64,000 nt of DNA. Source: Sminthopsis crassicaudata. Taxonomy: Eukaryota. Positions 35,255 through 47,570 of this stretch are shown in pieces. Position 1 is the stretch's first letter; each line of letters begins with the position of its first letter. The DNA is taken from contig NC_133622.1 in NCBI RefSeq assembly GCF_048593235.1, forward strand, positions 216,535,198 through 216,599,197. The letters are read 5' to 3'. The position numbers were made by a program, and so were the translations under genes. The notes beneath the pieces were generated by a model, which made no database searches, was not told where the DNA came from, and saw only the letters and a list, made by a program, of their open reading frames with translations.

Positions 35255-35582
35255 TGACCCTATCTTTCTTTGTCTCTGTCTCTGTTTTTCTTTGTCTCTG
35301 TTTCTCTCGTAGTTTCTCTTTGTCTCTGTCAGTTTGTCTTTCTTTCTGTCTCTGTCTCTCTCTCCCTCCTTCCCTCCTTCTCTCCTTCCCTTCTTCCCTC
35401 CCTCCATCTCTCTTCTGTCTGTCTCTTTGTCTGCCTCTTTGTTTCCCTTTGTCTGTCTCTATCAATTTGTGTGTCTCTATCAGCCTCAGTCTCTTTGTCT
35501 GTCTTTATCCTCCTCTTTGTCTCTCTGTCTCTATTTCTCTCTGTTACTCTCTGTCTCTCTGTCTGTCTGTCTCTCATCTCTT
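35255..35582. repeat. CT/CTGT/CCTT-rich polypyrimidine tract
   Basis: Read directly from sequence. Confidence 0.9.
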
Positions 35583-35809
35583 TCACATAAACATTTTTTC
35601 TCCTTAGATTTATCTCTTTTAAATTGTATCTGCTCAGTATAATATGAGCTTCCAAAGGTCAAGAATATTTTTAGTTTTGTGTCCTCCACACTTAACATAC
35701 CACTGACCCTTGGAGGGTAAAAATACTTATTGTTAAATTAGATTTATCAGCTTCCTTGCTGATGTCATTTATTGAGAGTTCACCAGACTAAATTCAGGGA
35801 CTTTTTTTT

Positions 35810-36035
35810 TAGGTTGGACTGGGTGAAACAATGAATTAAGTGCTTGACCCAGAGTCAGAAAGCCTGAGTTCAAATCTAGCCTTACTACTCTGTGACCCTG
35901 GGCACATAATCTTTCTCTGCCCCAGTTTCCTAATTTGTAAAACAAGAATAGTTGCACTTATTTTCCAGGGTTGTTGTCAGGATAAACTGAGTTATTCCTA
36001 AGTGCTTTGTGAGCATTTAAAATATTATATAAATG
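35810..36035 (+). mobile_element. MIR SINE
   Basis: cagagtcagaaagcctgagttcaaatc...gtgaccctgggcac...cagtttcctaatttgtaaaac. Confidence 0.8.
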
Positions 36036-36039
36036 CTAT

Positions 36040-36648
36040 TTTTAATTTTTAAATTATACCTTTTTGTTGACAGAACATATTCATAGGTAATTTTTTACAA
36101 TATTATCCCTTGCATTAACTAGTATTCTGATTTTTCCTTTCCCTCCATCTACCCCCTTCCCTAGATGGCAGACAGTCTTGTACATGTTAAATATGTTATA
36201 GTATAACCTAGATACAATATATGTGTGCAGAACCGAGCAGTTCTCTTGTTGCACAGGAAGAATTGGATTCAGAAGGTAAAAATAACCTGGGAAGAAAAAT
36301 AAAAGTGCAAACAGTTTACACTCATTTCCCAGTGTTCCTTCTCTGGGTGTGGCTGATTCTGTCCATCATTGATCAATTGGAACTGAATTAGATCTTCTCT
36401 TTGTTGAAGATATCCATTTCCATCAGAATACATCCTCATACAGTATCATTGTTGAAGTGTATAATGATCTCCTGGTTCTGCTCGTTTCATTCAGCATCAG
36501 TTGATGTAAATCTCTCCAAGCCTCTCTGTATTCATCATCTGGTCATTTCTTACAGAGCAATAATATTCCATAACCTTCATATACCATAATTTACCCAACC
36601 ATTCTCCAATTGATGGACATCCATTCATCTTCCAGTTTCTAGCCATTA
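36040..36648 (-). mobile_element. 5'-truncated L1 3' end
   Basis: Reverse of tggctagaaactggaagatgaatggatgtccatcaattggagaatggttgggtaaatt... through G-rich 3' UTR. Confidence 0.9.
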
Positions 36649-36859
36649 CTTTTTGTAGCGATTTTTCCTTGTTCTTAAGTTGTATTTTATTTTTATTTTT
36701 TTCAGCCTATGGATCTCAGAGATTTTCTGAGAATTAGTTGAGGAGTCAATTTACCTGGGAGAGAAGACAGAGAAAAGCAGTTCTGGGGTGGGGAGGGGAA
36801 GCATTCCAGAGCATCAGCTCGCTCATCAGATCACTTAAAATTGCAATGGCATTCTAACT

Positions 36860-37033
36860 TGTTTTCTTTTTTCTTTTTCTTTGTTTTGCTCTTTTTTTGC
36901 TGAGGCAATTGGGGTTAAGTGACTTGCCCAGGGTCACACAGCTAGGAAGTGTTAAGTGTCAGAGGTCAAATTTGAACTCAGGTCCTCCTGACTTCAGGGT
37001 GGTACTTTATCCACTGTGCCACCTAGCTGCCCC
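36860..37033 (-). mobile_element. WSINE1 with 14-bp TSD
   Basis: TSD atggcattctaact at 36846-36859 and 37034-37047; T-rich tail 36860-36898. Confidence 0.95.
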
Positions 37034-38734
37034 ATGGCATTCTAACTCTTGAAAAGCATGGCATCTACCTTCCATGAGGCATAGAATCAGGACAGTACAT
37101 GCAGAAATCTCCAGTATTTTATGATGAGGAGCTATTGTCTTCCTTGTCTGAGGCTTCACAAGGGACTGGGGGAATGAGCAGAGAGTGCCAATAAGCAGAA
37201 CTGTGGCTAGGGAAGAGTAACTGAGCCTTTGTTCAGGGAACCAGAATTTAGAAATTGCAGAATTTAACATGAGCATTCTGTCAGGGCTGAAGAACCACAG
37301 TGAAATGTGTCTTCATTACTTCTTGGATTATTTTCTATATCATAAAATACAAAGTGGATCTGAGGATGCTTTTTGTGTAGCTTTTTTTTTTTTAGTAAAT
37401 TTTCTGTACATTCTTAAATATGTACGTATTGTCTTCCATGATAGAATATATCTGTATTTCATTTATGTAGATTCTTATTAAATGCTTATGAATTAATTCC
37501 CTTTTTATAAATAAGGAAACTAAGTCTCATAACAGGAAAATGATTTGCCTAAGATCAAATATGTTGTCAACTCTGATAGAGAATTGTGACTTCTTGGAGG
37601 ACAGAGATTTCTCTTTTTACAGATTATTTGATAAATGCTTGTTAAGTGATTAACTCATTTTAAAGATGGAGAAACTAAAGGTGAGTACACTTAAGTAGCT
37701 TGTCCAGGATCACACAACTAGTGTGATCTTACACTTAACACAAGTAAGTGACAAGATTGTAACAAAATCACTTTGCAAATGAAGAAACTGAGAAAGTGTA
37801 TATCTACCTTTCAACACCGTGCCTAGTATAGAATAGGCACTCAGTAAATGCTTGTTGACTGGTTATCCTGAATATCATTAGTACAATCTGATCTGGGCAT
37901 TAAAATTGCTAGTGACAGCTTTTCTGGTAGAGAAAGTCAGTGTGTCAAGAGCCTTGGAGGATGGACATTTGACCAGGAAATCCTGCTGGCAAGCCACAGA
38001 GAGATGAGGTGGCTATTCTTCTACTGAAGCCCTCTAGTCCTATCCATAGTTTATAATCTTTCACTGAAGAAGGCTTTTCAAAATTAGCAAAACAGGTGTT
38101 ATCTTCAATTTTATTAGTGCCATTCCACCCCAACATGTGCAATGATTAGAAGAGAAAATATTATAAAGGCATTAAAGGGGGGATTGTAATAATCTCTAGC
38201 ATTTAATAAGTGCTAGACATATAGATAACATAGAAATATTAGATCTTTATAACTATTCATACTACATTTATGTTATTATATATTATTATTTCATTATATA
38301 TTTATTATATATTATTGTAAAATAACTATAAATATTATATAGTTTCAGGTATAGACTAAATGCTTTATCAATTTTACCTCAATTGATCCTTATAACAACC
38401 TTGGGAAGTAGGTGACATTTTATTTATCTGCCTCAGATGAGGAAACTGAGGCAGACAGAGGTCAAATGATTTGCCCAGAACCACATGGATACTAACTGTC
38501 TAAGACTATATTTGAATTCAGGTCTTCCTGACTCCAGATCTGGTGCTGTTACCATTACACCGCCCAACTGCCTTTATAATTATAATGATTATAGTTGTTT
38601 TCATTCTTATTATGAATAGTATTACTATTACTATTATTTGGAAGACCTGCCCTGAGGGTTGATGTTACCCCTTAGGTGCTCCATATATATATATATATAT
38701 ATATAAAACATCATTTTTTTTAAATCAAAATGTC

Positions 38735-39930
38735 CAATCTTCCAAAAATATAGCAAAACAAATATCCAGAAGGATCAAAAAAGAATGAGGATTGAGAAAA
38801 GGCCACTGGATTTAACAATTGGAGAGAGCGGCTTCTATCAAATGATGAGGTTGGAAAGTTTTATAGGGAATTGAGAAGAAAGTGAGAGAAGAGAGAGGAA
38901 GCATCCATTGTAGATGTTCTTCTCAAGTTGTTTAGCAACAAAATACAGGAGAGATGTGTGACGTGGTTAATGGGAATGGAAGGATCAAGTGAGAGTTTTT
39001 TTGAAAATAGGGAAGACATGGACATATAGACGATAAGGAAGTAGTCAGTAGACAGGGAGATACTGAAAATAAGTGAGGAAGTGATGATGGCAGAGGAGGA
39101 TCATGCTGGGGATCATGGGATGAGATGGGATTATCTGTGCAGGTGGAGAGACTGAGCTTGACAGGAAGAAGGACCACTTGATTATCTGAGGCAAGGATGA
39201 AGGAGGAGACAGTGACACAACAAACCTAAATTATATGAGATGAGGAAGAAGAGAAAAGAGGGCTCTCTTTGTAAATAACCTCCAATTTTTTGTAAAATAT
39301 AAGGCAAGGTTCTCAACTGAGAGGAGAGGGATAGAGGGAGTCATGAGAGATTTGAGGAGGGATGAAAAGATTTGGAAGAACCCTTGTGGAATATGGATTA
39401 TGAGTTAATAAGGGAAGTATAAAAGGAAAGCCTTCCTGCAGTGAGGGCCTAATTGAGGTTACATAATATAAGGTGAATAAATATAGTCAGTATAGTTTTG
39501 TGATTGTCTCCACCTTTGTTCAGAAGCACAAGATTTGAGAACAAAAACAGAAGTAGTGGTAATGACGCAAGACTGTTGCTTGGCAAGGTAAAGGGAGCAA
39601 AGAATTCAAGAGAAGTCAATGTAGAGTGGAATTAATTTATGAAGGAATCAAGATAGGGGACAGAAAAGGCTGTGGCTAGTGCCAGAGTGATAGCCTGGGA
39701 GAGAATTGAGGGGGTAAGGGATTAGATGTCACAATGTGGCTGAAGAACAAAGTTTGATATTGGGAGACAGGGGAAGAGAAACCAATAGATTGTGACGTAA
39801 AGGGAATTTCAGAGTTCACGAACATGAAGGTGGTCCACATGTGAGACATGGGAAAGATCCAGAGTATGACCATCTTTGTGTGTGGCTGAGGTGGGGTGGA
39901 GGAGTATGTCATGGGAAATGAGTAGGTTGA
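38735..39930 (-). mobile_element. Long L2 internal fragment (~1.2 kb)
   Basis: Purine-rich L2 body: gaatgaggattgagaaaaggccactggattta...gaaggatcaagtgagagtttt... Confidence 0.75.
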
Positions 39931-40611
39931 AGAAGTCTAATCATCATCACCATCATTTTTTATTGTTATTGTTGTTCTCATTATCATAACTGTCTAGTTC
40001 TCATCTTCTTGGATAGATTTCATATAGAAACAAGGCCGTATTCTGACAGCTTTCTTTTTAGTATTCTGTTGCACAAAGAAATAAAATAAGTGCTTTTGAA
40101 AGTTGAAAAAAATTATAGAAGAAGATAGGATTAAGAATCCTTGGTATATCTTCAAATTGAATATCAGGTATATATGCACCGCTGTCCCCCCCCCCCATAA
40201 TTCCAAATCTCCTCCATTATATCTCTAATTTTAGAAAGGTTGCTTTTTCCCCATGTCAAATCAAAATGTATTTATTAAAGCAACTACTGTGTATCAAACA
40301 TTAACTGTGTGTCTTGGAAATTATGAGTTCTTGGGATGGCAACATCTATTAAAAAGTTTTATTTTTATTTTTGACCAGTTTTCTATGTGACTCTGGGCAA
40401 TAGTTCAGTCTTTGCTCATGTTCTAATCCCCGTATAATTCATTGATTAAGTATTCTAAGATACTTTGAAATCTATATTTTTAGTATAGGGATTCACTGTC
40501 TTCTAGAAAATGAGTCTCTGATGTTTATAATTCCAATGCCAGTTTTGGCTTGGTAGGTATCCAGTAGATGCCAAATTTTTGCAGCTTCCAATGATGTGTT
40601 ACAAAATTTTT

Positions 40612-41440
40612 ATGAATCAATAAGCATTTATTAACTATCTACTATGTGCCAGGCACTATACTGAGCATTGGAATACAAAAAGAGGCAAAGGCTAGTAGTC
40701 CCTGCCCTCAAAAAAATTGTAATCTATCAGGGAAACAACATGCAAACAAATCTGTTTTTAAAAAGGCTATATTTATCCCATATATGATTAATAAGGATAA
40801 TTAACAAAGGGAAGGCACTAAAATTAAGAGGGATTGGGGAAGGCTTCCTGTAAAAGGCGGGATTTTACTTGAGATTTAAAGGAGACTAGGGAAATCCTTT
40901 AGGTGGAGTTGAAGAGAAAAAATATTCTAAGCATTATTGTTGTTTGTCCTTTGTTCTGGAAAAGGACCAGGACATCAGGGAGATAATACCGTGACAGGTA
41001 AGTGACTTGGATTAAAGTCAGAGAAGGCTGTGCAAAATCTCCAGCCTCACTTTCCCCTCCAGAGCCAGGCTGAATACAAATCAGGAGGACTGGAGATGGT
41101 CCTGGACGCAGAGGGAGACCTCGATCTTTTTAACCTAAGCTCTTTACCAGGGCTCAGTTTGGTAGAGCTCTGTTTCCAGGCCTGGAGACAGCAGTAGAAA
41201 ATGGTGGGGATGGGATATGGAGGGTCTTATTGGAGTAAGCAGGAGATCAGTGTCACTAGATCAAAGAATAGGTGATGGGGAATAATGTACAAGAAGACTA
41301 AAAAGATAGGAGGAGGCTGAATTATAAAGGGCCTGGAAGGGCAAGTTGAGCAATACTTCCCAGAAATTCTACACTGATCACTAAATCTGGGGTCTTTATG
41401 GTAACCATTTCCACTTCTGACATTAATAGTCAACAACATT
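40612..41440 (-). mobile_element. L2 3' region interrupted by an RTE-type short element
   Basis: aatcaataagcatttattaac...tatgtgccaggcact...; L2 resumes after 41165. Confidence 0.75.
40938..41162 (+). mobile_element. Marsupial RTE-associated short element
   Basis: ttgttgtttgtcctttgttctggaaaaggaccaggacatcaggg...cagcctcactttcccctccagagcc...ggactggagatggtcctggacgcag. Confidence 0.75.
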
Positions 41441-42110
41441 GCTCTCAATTACTATCAAAAACCTCTCAATAAACATGCAAAAATGTTCCCAGCTCAGTCA
41501 TTTGTTCATTATTAGTATTATTGTCACCAGAGCTAACTGTAGCTATACTCCCCAAACAGCTGCTTCTCAAAGCCTGAAAAGTCCTTCCACAAGGAACAAA
41601 GGCTCCTATTTCAGTTAGAGAGGAGGTTTACAAGACAAACAACCCCAGAAAAGGTGAAGCGGTACTCTATAACTCACTTGAATATGTTAATGGATAGATG
41701 ATCTCATTGATCAAATGAGATAATGTAAGTAGGCAAAGTACTTTGCAACTCATAAAATGCTATATAAATGTCAGTTATCATCATCACCATTATTATTATT
41801 ATTGATGTGGGCACTCCCTCCACCAGGGCAGGTCACAACCCATTCCTGTCTCCTCATCCCATGTGATTCTTGTCCATATATCCTCCATATTGGATCAACC
41901 CAATGCATTAGAGGCTTTCTTCCAGGCCTCCTACACAGAGCATTCTGGCTATCCGTTGGTTTTCAGCCAACCTTTTTCCCCCTCATCAAACAGATATCAT
42001 TTATGTACTTTGTACATTCAGATAAAAATTAGTAGTATGATACAACTATTTATGCCCACCACATTATGCCTCTAATTTCTCTTTGGGTCACTCATAATTT
42101 GTTGTGTTGA

Positions 42111-42299
42111 TGTACACATATATTGTATTTAACTTATACTTTAAGATATTTAACATGTATTGGTCAACTTGCCATCTGGGGGAAGGGATGGGGGGGAAGG
42201 AGGGAAAAAGTTGGAACAAAAGGATTTGCAATGGTCAATCCTGAAAAATTACCCATGCATATATCTTGTAAACAAAAAGCTATAACAAAAATAATAATA
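42111..42299 (+). mobile_element. Short L1 3' end with 17-bp TSD
   Basis: TSD ataatttgttgtgttga at 42094-42110 and 42300-42316. Confidence 0.92.
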
Positions 42300-42481
42300 A
42301 TAATTTGTTGTGTTGAGACCATATTATTGTATCCTCCATAGTTACATATCAATACTTGAAGAAGATTGGTTTTAATCATATGGATTTTGTGTGATGAACA
42401 CCTTAGCATTAGAAAAACATTGTTTAATTTCCCAAATGCAATCCAGTATCCTCTTTTTCCTATTTAGTTCTGAACCCAATT

Positions 42482-42838
42482 TCTTTTTTAAATTTATTTT
42501 ATTTTTTTTAAGCTTTTTATTTTCAAAACATATGCACGGGTAATTTTTCAACATTGACCCTTTCATAGCCTTGTGTTTCAGGTTTTCCCCTCCTTCCCCT
42601 CTCCCCCTCCCTTTGATGGCAAGTAATTCAATATATGTTACGCATGTTAAGATATATGTTAAATCCAATATTTGTAAGCAAATTTATACAATTCTCTTAC
42701 TGCGCAAGAAAAATCAGATCAAAAAGGAAAGTAAATGAATAAGAAAGCAAAATGCAAGCAAACAACAATAACAACAACAAAAAAAAGAGTGAGAATGTTA
42801 TGTTGTGATCCACATTCAGTACCACAGTCCTCTCTGTG
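42482..42838 (-). mobile_element. L1 3' end with 12-bp TSD
   Basis: TSD ctgaacccaatt at 42470-42481 and 42839-42850. Confidence 0.92.
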
Positions 42839-43809
42839 CTGAACCCAATTCCTTACTCTTTTTAAGGGTCTATCTCAAATATAATTGCTAACTAACTGGA
42901 TTGCCCATTCAACTACTTGTCAAAATCTGAATAGGCATTCTTCAAACCCTTAGTTTTTCTTGGATGCATCTTTATCTTGTATGCATAGATAGCTGATCTA
43001 TTTGAAGTGGCCATGAATTTAATTGACGAATACTATGGTATTTTTATGGCACTGTCAAACTGAGGTATAAATGATTAATAACGGAGCCTTTCCAGAGAGC
43101 TAAGGAGGACCTAAAATGCAACGTCAACAAGCATTTATTAAGCACTTACTGCATGCCAGGTAAGTACCCAAAGAGGGTTGAAACAGAGGGACGGTATGGA
43201 AGAAGTAAGAAAAGGGAACGGATATGTAGTAGGAGACCAAAGAGAAATAATGCTTATATTACATTTCTTCTGAAGAGAGACTAGTTATGTCAGCAACACA
43301 TGGCGAACTATGACCCTCATGCTTGAAAGACATTGGGAAGCTCCCTTAGTGTCCTTTTTAGTTATTCTCTGCTTCTCCCTCTCCTGATCCTTTCACAAAG
43401 GTCAATGATCTTGGTTGATAAGTGTGGATAACCAAGATCCTCAAAGGGCCCCTTCAGTGTTAAGAGCCAATTCCTGAATGAAGAAATGTGGCTCTTCTGG
43501 AAATCCAAGTAGGACTATAGCAGGACCTCACCAATTCTTCTTCAGATGATTTTCCTTGGCTGATGTTTGCCAGTGAAGCCTGCCTTCCCTTGAAGCATAG
43601 AAATACAGAAACATAGCCTCAAAGAATGGGAGGATCTTAGTCACCCAGCCAATGTCAATTAGTAATAATCTCATTAGCATAGAGTTGACAACTGAATAGA
43701 TTGGACCTTGATGAGATCACCAAGTGAGACAGTGTAGAGTTAGAAGAGGGCTGATGACAGATCAGGAAACTGAGGCAGAGAAAAAAGGAATTGACTTGTT
43801 CATACAATT

Positions 43810-44340
43810 CATGATATAAAACTAGAAGGTAACTAAAAAGGTCATCCAGTCCAATTCTCTCACTTTAAAAACAAGAAACCAAAATTCAGAGGTTAGATGA
43901 TTGCTCAAGGTCACAAACATAGTAAATGTCAAAAGTAAATCCATCTTTCATCGAGTCAGAACACAAATGCAAGTTCAGCCTTTATCTTTTCCAGCTCCAT
44001 CATTCTTAATAAATCAAATACATCTAGCATCAAGGAACTCACTACCTCATATGGCAAACTCTTCCATTTTAGGATAACTCCAATTGTTGGAAAGTTCTTC
44101 CTTATATCAGTTTCCTGCATCTTCTACTCAATATGCCATGTTTTGCCCTCTGAAGACAACTAGAATACACGGCAGCATTTTCATTACTTGAATACAGCTC
44201 TCATGCTCTGGTACTTCTCATTTCCAAGCTATATATGCTCCATTCCTTCCCCTGATCTTCCTCTTAAAGAATCTCCATTATTCTCATTGTCATGGCTGCC
44301 TTTTGGACAAGCTCCAGCTAACGGCATTGTCCTTTTTCAG
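43810..44340 (-). mobile_element. MIR/CR1-L3 mosaic
   Basis: ctagaagg...gtcatccagtccaattctctc; actcactacctc...ccattttaggataactccaattgttggaaagttcttcc. Confidence 0.6.
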
Positions 44341-44375
44341 TGTCCAAAGTAAAAATTTGGGAATTAGTTATTCTT

Positions 44376-44545
44376 TTTTTATTTTTATTTTTATTATTTT
44401 TATTTTTATTTTTTGCTGAGGCAATTGGAGTTAAGTGATTTGCCCACTTGAGTAAGTGTTAAGTAAGTGTCTGTGGTCGGATTTGAACTCAGGTCCTCCT
44501 GTTTTCAAGGCTGGTATTCTATTTACTGCACCACTTAGCTGCTCC
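44376..44545 (-). mobile_element. WSINE1 with TSD
   Basis: TSD aat(t/c)agttattctt at 44362-44375 and 44548-44561; (TTTTTA)n tail. Confidence 0.9.
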
Positions 44546-45029
44546 AAAATCAGTTATTCTTGTCCTAAAGGGAAGCCTTTATTAAGTATTTGCTATGTGA
44601 CAGGCAAGTTAAGTACTAAAGATACATAGAAACTCCCCCCCCAAAAAAAAAAAATCCACCTTTGAGAAGCTTATATCTAATGCAGGAGACAACATGCAAA
44701 TAACTAGTCACAAAATATAGACTGGAAGGAAATCTGAGGAAAAGAAAGCGTTCATAGATAAAAGACCAGAGAAGGCCTTCTGAAGAAGATGAGATATGAC
44801 CAAAGTCTTGAGACAGAGGTGAAGGGTCAGAGCATTCCAGGCCTAAGAGACAATCTATGAAAGGGTCCAGAAACCGTATATATTTGTCCTGTTGGATGGA
44901 GGAATTACAAGTATTCTAGCCTTTCTGAATTGTAGAACGCACTGAAGACTGAAAAAATTCATATTTGGAACTCCAGTACTTAGACCAGTGCTTAGCACAT
45001 TGTCAGCATTTAATCAATACTTTTTCAAG

Positions 45030-45520
45030 GTAGAAAGATAGTGGAACAAGAAGAATCAGACTTCTTGAAGTGGATTACCCCCACTCACCTCTTTCATTTG
45101 CCCATTTTCTCCCTTTTTCCGCCTTTCTTAGCAAAAATATTTGTGACATTTTCATATTTTTTTTTCCTGACAGGTGGTGAGTTCTGAGTCAAATTATGGA
45201 GTGGGGGGGGGGGAGGGAGAGAAGACAGAAAGAGCCCGACACTCCATTCTGATTCATCCCCATTTACCTTCTCTAAACTGTTCTCTCTGATGAGCACATT
45301 CTCAATGAAATTGTTTTTTAAAAAAAATCCCTGAGAAGCCAGGCCAAGGAGAGGCAGGCTAGGGCAGGTCTGGAAATCATAGGCCAAAATAATTTTTGTA
45401 CGTTGGAAAGTGTTGCATAAATAGGGGTTATTATCATTACTGCTGTTTTATTTATTGCCTTTTTGTACAGAGAACTAGAATCCGGGCACCCCAGACATTA
45501 CTCAGCAGAGAATAAAAGTC
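45030..45520. promoter_or_regulatory. Non-repetitive block with AP-1, C/EBP-like and NFAT-like motifs and strong splice signals
   Basis: TGAGTCA 45185-45191, TTGCATAA 45413-45420, two TGGAAA, G-run near 45203; splice motifs on both strands. Confidence 0.35.
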
Positions 45521-46084
45521 ACCCAGGAGAAACAGTCAGCAGTCATTCAATAAACATCTATTAAACACCTACCATTTTGCTAAGTGCTGAGGTAAATGCA
45601 AAGATAATGCTTCTGTGAATCCAAGAGCTGATCAATATGGGATTAGAGATCCAGGCCGGAAAGGGTCCTCGGAAACCAACTACTCCAATCCCTTGTTATA
45701 GAGAAATAAAACAGAGGCTTGAACAAGGTCACTCAGATGATGTCAAAGATGGCATGTGAATCCAAAACCTCCGACTCCAGAGCCAATACTGGACAGATCA
45801 TAGAATTTCTGAGTTGAAAGAGATCTCCAGTGGCCACCATGTTCAATCCATCTCTGACCTCTATGAAATAGTCATTAAAAGGTCACAAAACTTTAGCTCA
45901 AAGACTTCCAATAAAGGGGAAGGAACTCCTTCCCAAACTAGTCATTTTTTAATAACTCTAGTTAGGAAGCATTTTCTAACATCAAAACCTATACTTTGCC
46001 TCTTTGTCATCCACTCAAGTTATGCCCTCAGGAGCCAAATCTAATCCTTCTTTTTAAAACAACACTACTTCAAATATTGTCATC

Positions 46085-46480
46085 TGCAAATCCCCTAGAC
46101 TGCAGACTCTTCACTTTCCAATCTATCCTTTATATGCTTCCAAAGAGAGATTCCTGAAGCAAAAGGCCAACTGTAATGTCCCTGTTCAAAAGCGGCCAGA
46201 ACTTTAGCATCTACAATAAAATACATCTCTGTTTGGCTTCCAAAGCTTTTGACATTCTGGTTTCAGACCACCTTTCTTGTCTGAATGTACATTAGTTTCC
46301 CTCATGTTGTTTGTGGTACAATTGAAATGACCCATAAACTGTTCCCCATATGTCATGATCACATCTCCCTTCTCACCTTTGGAAATACCCAATTTCCTTC
46401 AAAGATCAGCTCAAGTACTACTTCCTTCCAAAAGTATTTCCCAATTCTTCTCATTTTTAGTGCTACCCTCAATCAATGTG
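46085..46480 (+). mobile_element. L2 3' region
   Basis: ctttccaatctatcctttatatgcttccaaagagagattcctgaagc...ccttcaaagatcagctcaagtactacttccttcc. Confidence 0.7.
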
Positions 46481-46489
46481 TCTATATAA

Positions 46490-46725
46490 TTGTTCAGTTG
46501 TTTACAATTGTGTCCCACTCTTAATGACCCCATTGGGGGGCTTTCTTGGCAAAGATATTGGAAGGGTTGGTTATTTCCCCCTCCAACTCATAACAGATGA
46601 GGAAACTGAGGCAACAGGATGAATTGGATTGCCCATGATCACACAGTTTGTATCTGTAGCTAAATTTCAACTCATGAAGATGAATCTTCCTGATTCCAAG
46701 CCAGTGCTTTATCTACTTTACTACT
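46490..46725 (-). mobile_element. MAR1 SINE
   Basis: gaccccattggggggctttcttggcaaagatattgg...acagatgaggaaactgaggcaac. Confidence 0.8.
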
Positions 46726-46745
46726 AGCTACTGTGTGTATGTATC

Positions 46746-47133
46746 AATAAATCAACTAATAAACATTTATTAACAGCCAATTGTTTGTCAGACACCATGC
46801 TAAAATATATATTCTAAAACAAGAATTATATTGAAATGTTTTTAAAATAAATCAACTAATAAACATTTATTAACAACCAATTGTTTGTCAGACACCATGC
46901 TAAAATATATATTCTAAAACAAGAATCGTATTGAAATGTTTTTAAAATAAATCAACTAATAAACATTTATTAACAACCAATTGTTTGTCAGACACCATGC
47001 TAAAATATATATTCTAAAACAAGAATTGTATTGAAATGTTTTTAAAATAAATCAACTAATAAACATTTATTAACAACCTCTTATTTTTCAGACACTGTGT
47101 TAAAATATATATTCTAAAACAAGGATTGTATTG
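46746..47133. repeat. 100-bp minisatellite, ~3.9 copies, built from L2 ends
   Basis: Units start at 46746, 46846, 46946, 47046; first three nearly identical, fourth diverged. Confidence 0.97.
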
Positions 47134-47414
47134 TTCTAGTCTTTGTGTCTAATGCCTAGTAAATGTTTTTAAAATGTTTACTGATCGGTTGAAGAAAACT
47201 ATCTTGTCCAGGGTGAATTATCTTCTTTAAAACAGATAATCCTAATTCCCTTAACTTCCTTTTCCTCATCCTTCCCCTTCTTCTCCAATCCTAATCTGTT
47301 AGTACTGAGGAAGTAGCATAGTGGAAAGAGCAATGGAACTGGCGTAAGACAGACCTGAATTCAAATCTTGTCTCAAACACTTAATAGATTTTGTGACCCT
47401 AATAAACAAGTTAC

Positions 47415-47570
47415 GGGGCAGCTAGGTGGCGTAGTGGGTAGAGCACCAGTCCTGAATTCAGGAGGACCTGAGTTCAAATCTGGTCTCAGACACTTAACAC
47501 TTCCTAGCTGTGTGACCCTGGGCAAGTCACTTAACCCAGCCTCAGGGGGAAAAAAAAAAAAAAAAAAAAA
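47415..47570 (+). mobile_element. Young WSINE1 inserted into a MIR
   Basis: Intact A/B-box-like head, 21-nt poly(A), TSD aagttac at 47408-47414 and 47569-47575; MIR flanks at 47310-47407 and 47576-47620. Confidence 0.95.

Noticed and set aside
46746-47133. Regular array considered as CRISPR-like
   Set aside because: Units are contiguous near-identical 100-mers without unique spacers, in mammalian DNA with no cas genes.
47415-47490. tRNA-like A/B boxes
   Set aside because: This is the tRNA-derived head of a WSINE1 SINE; there is no cloverleaf or anticodon arm.
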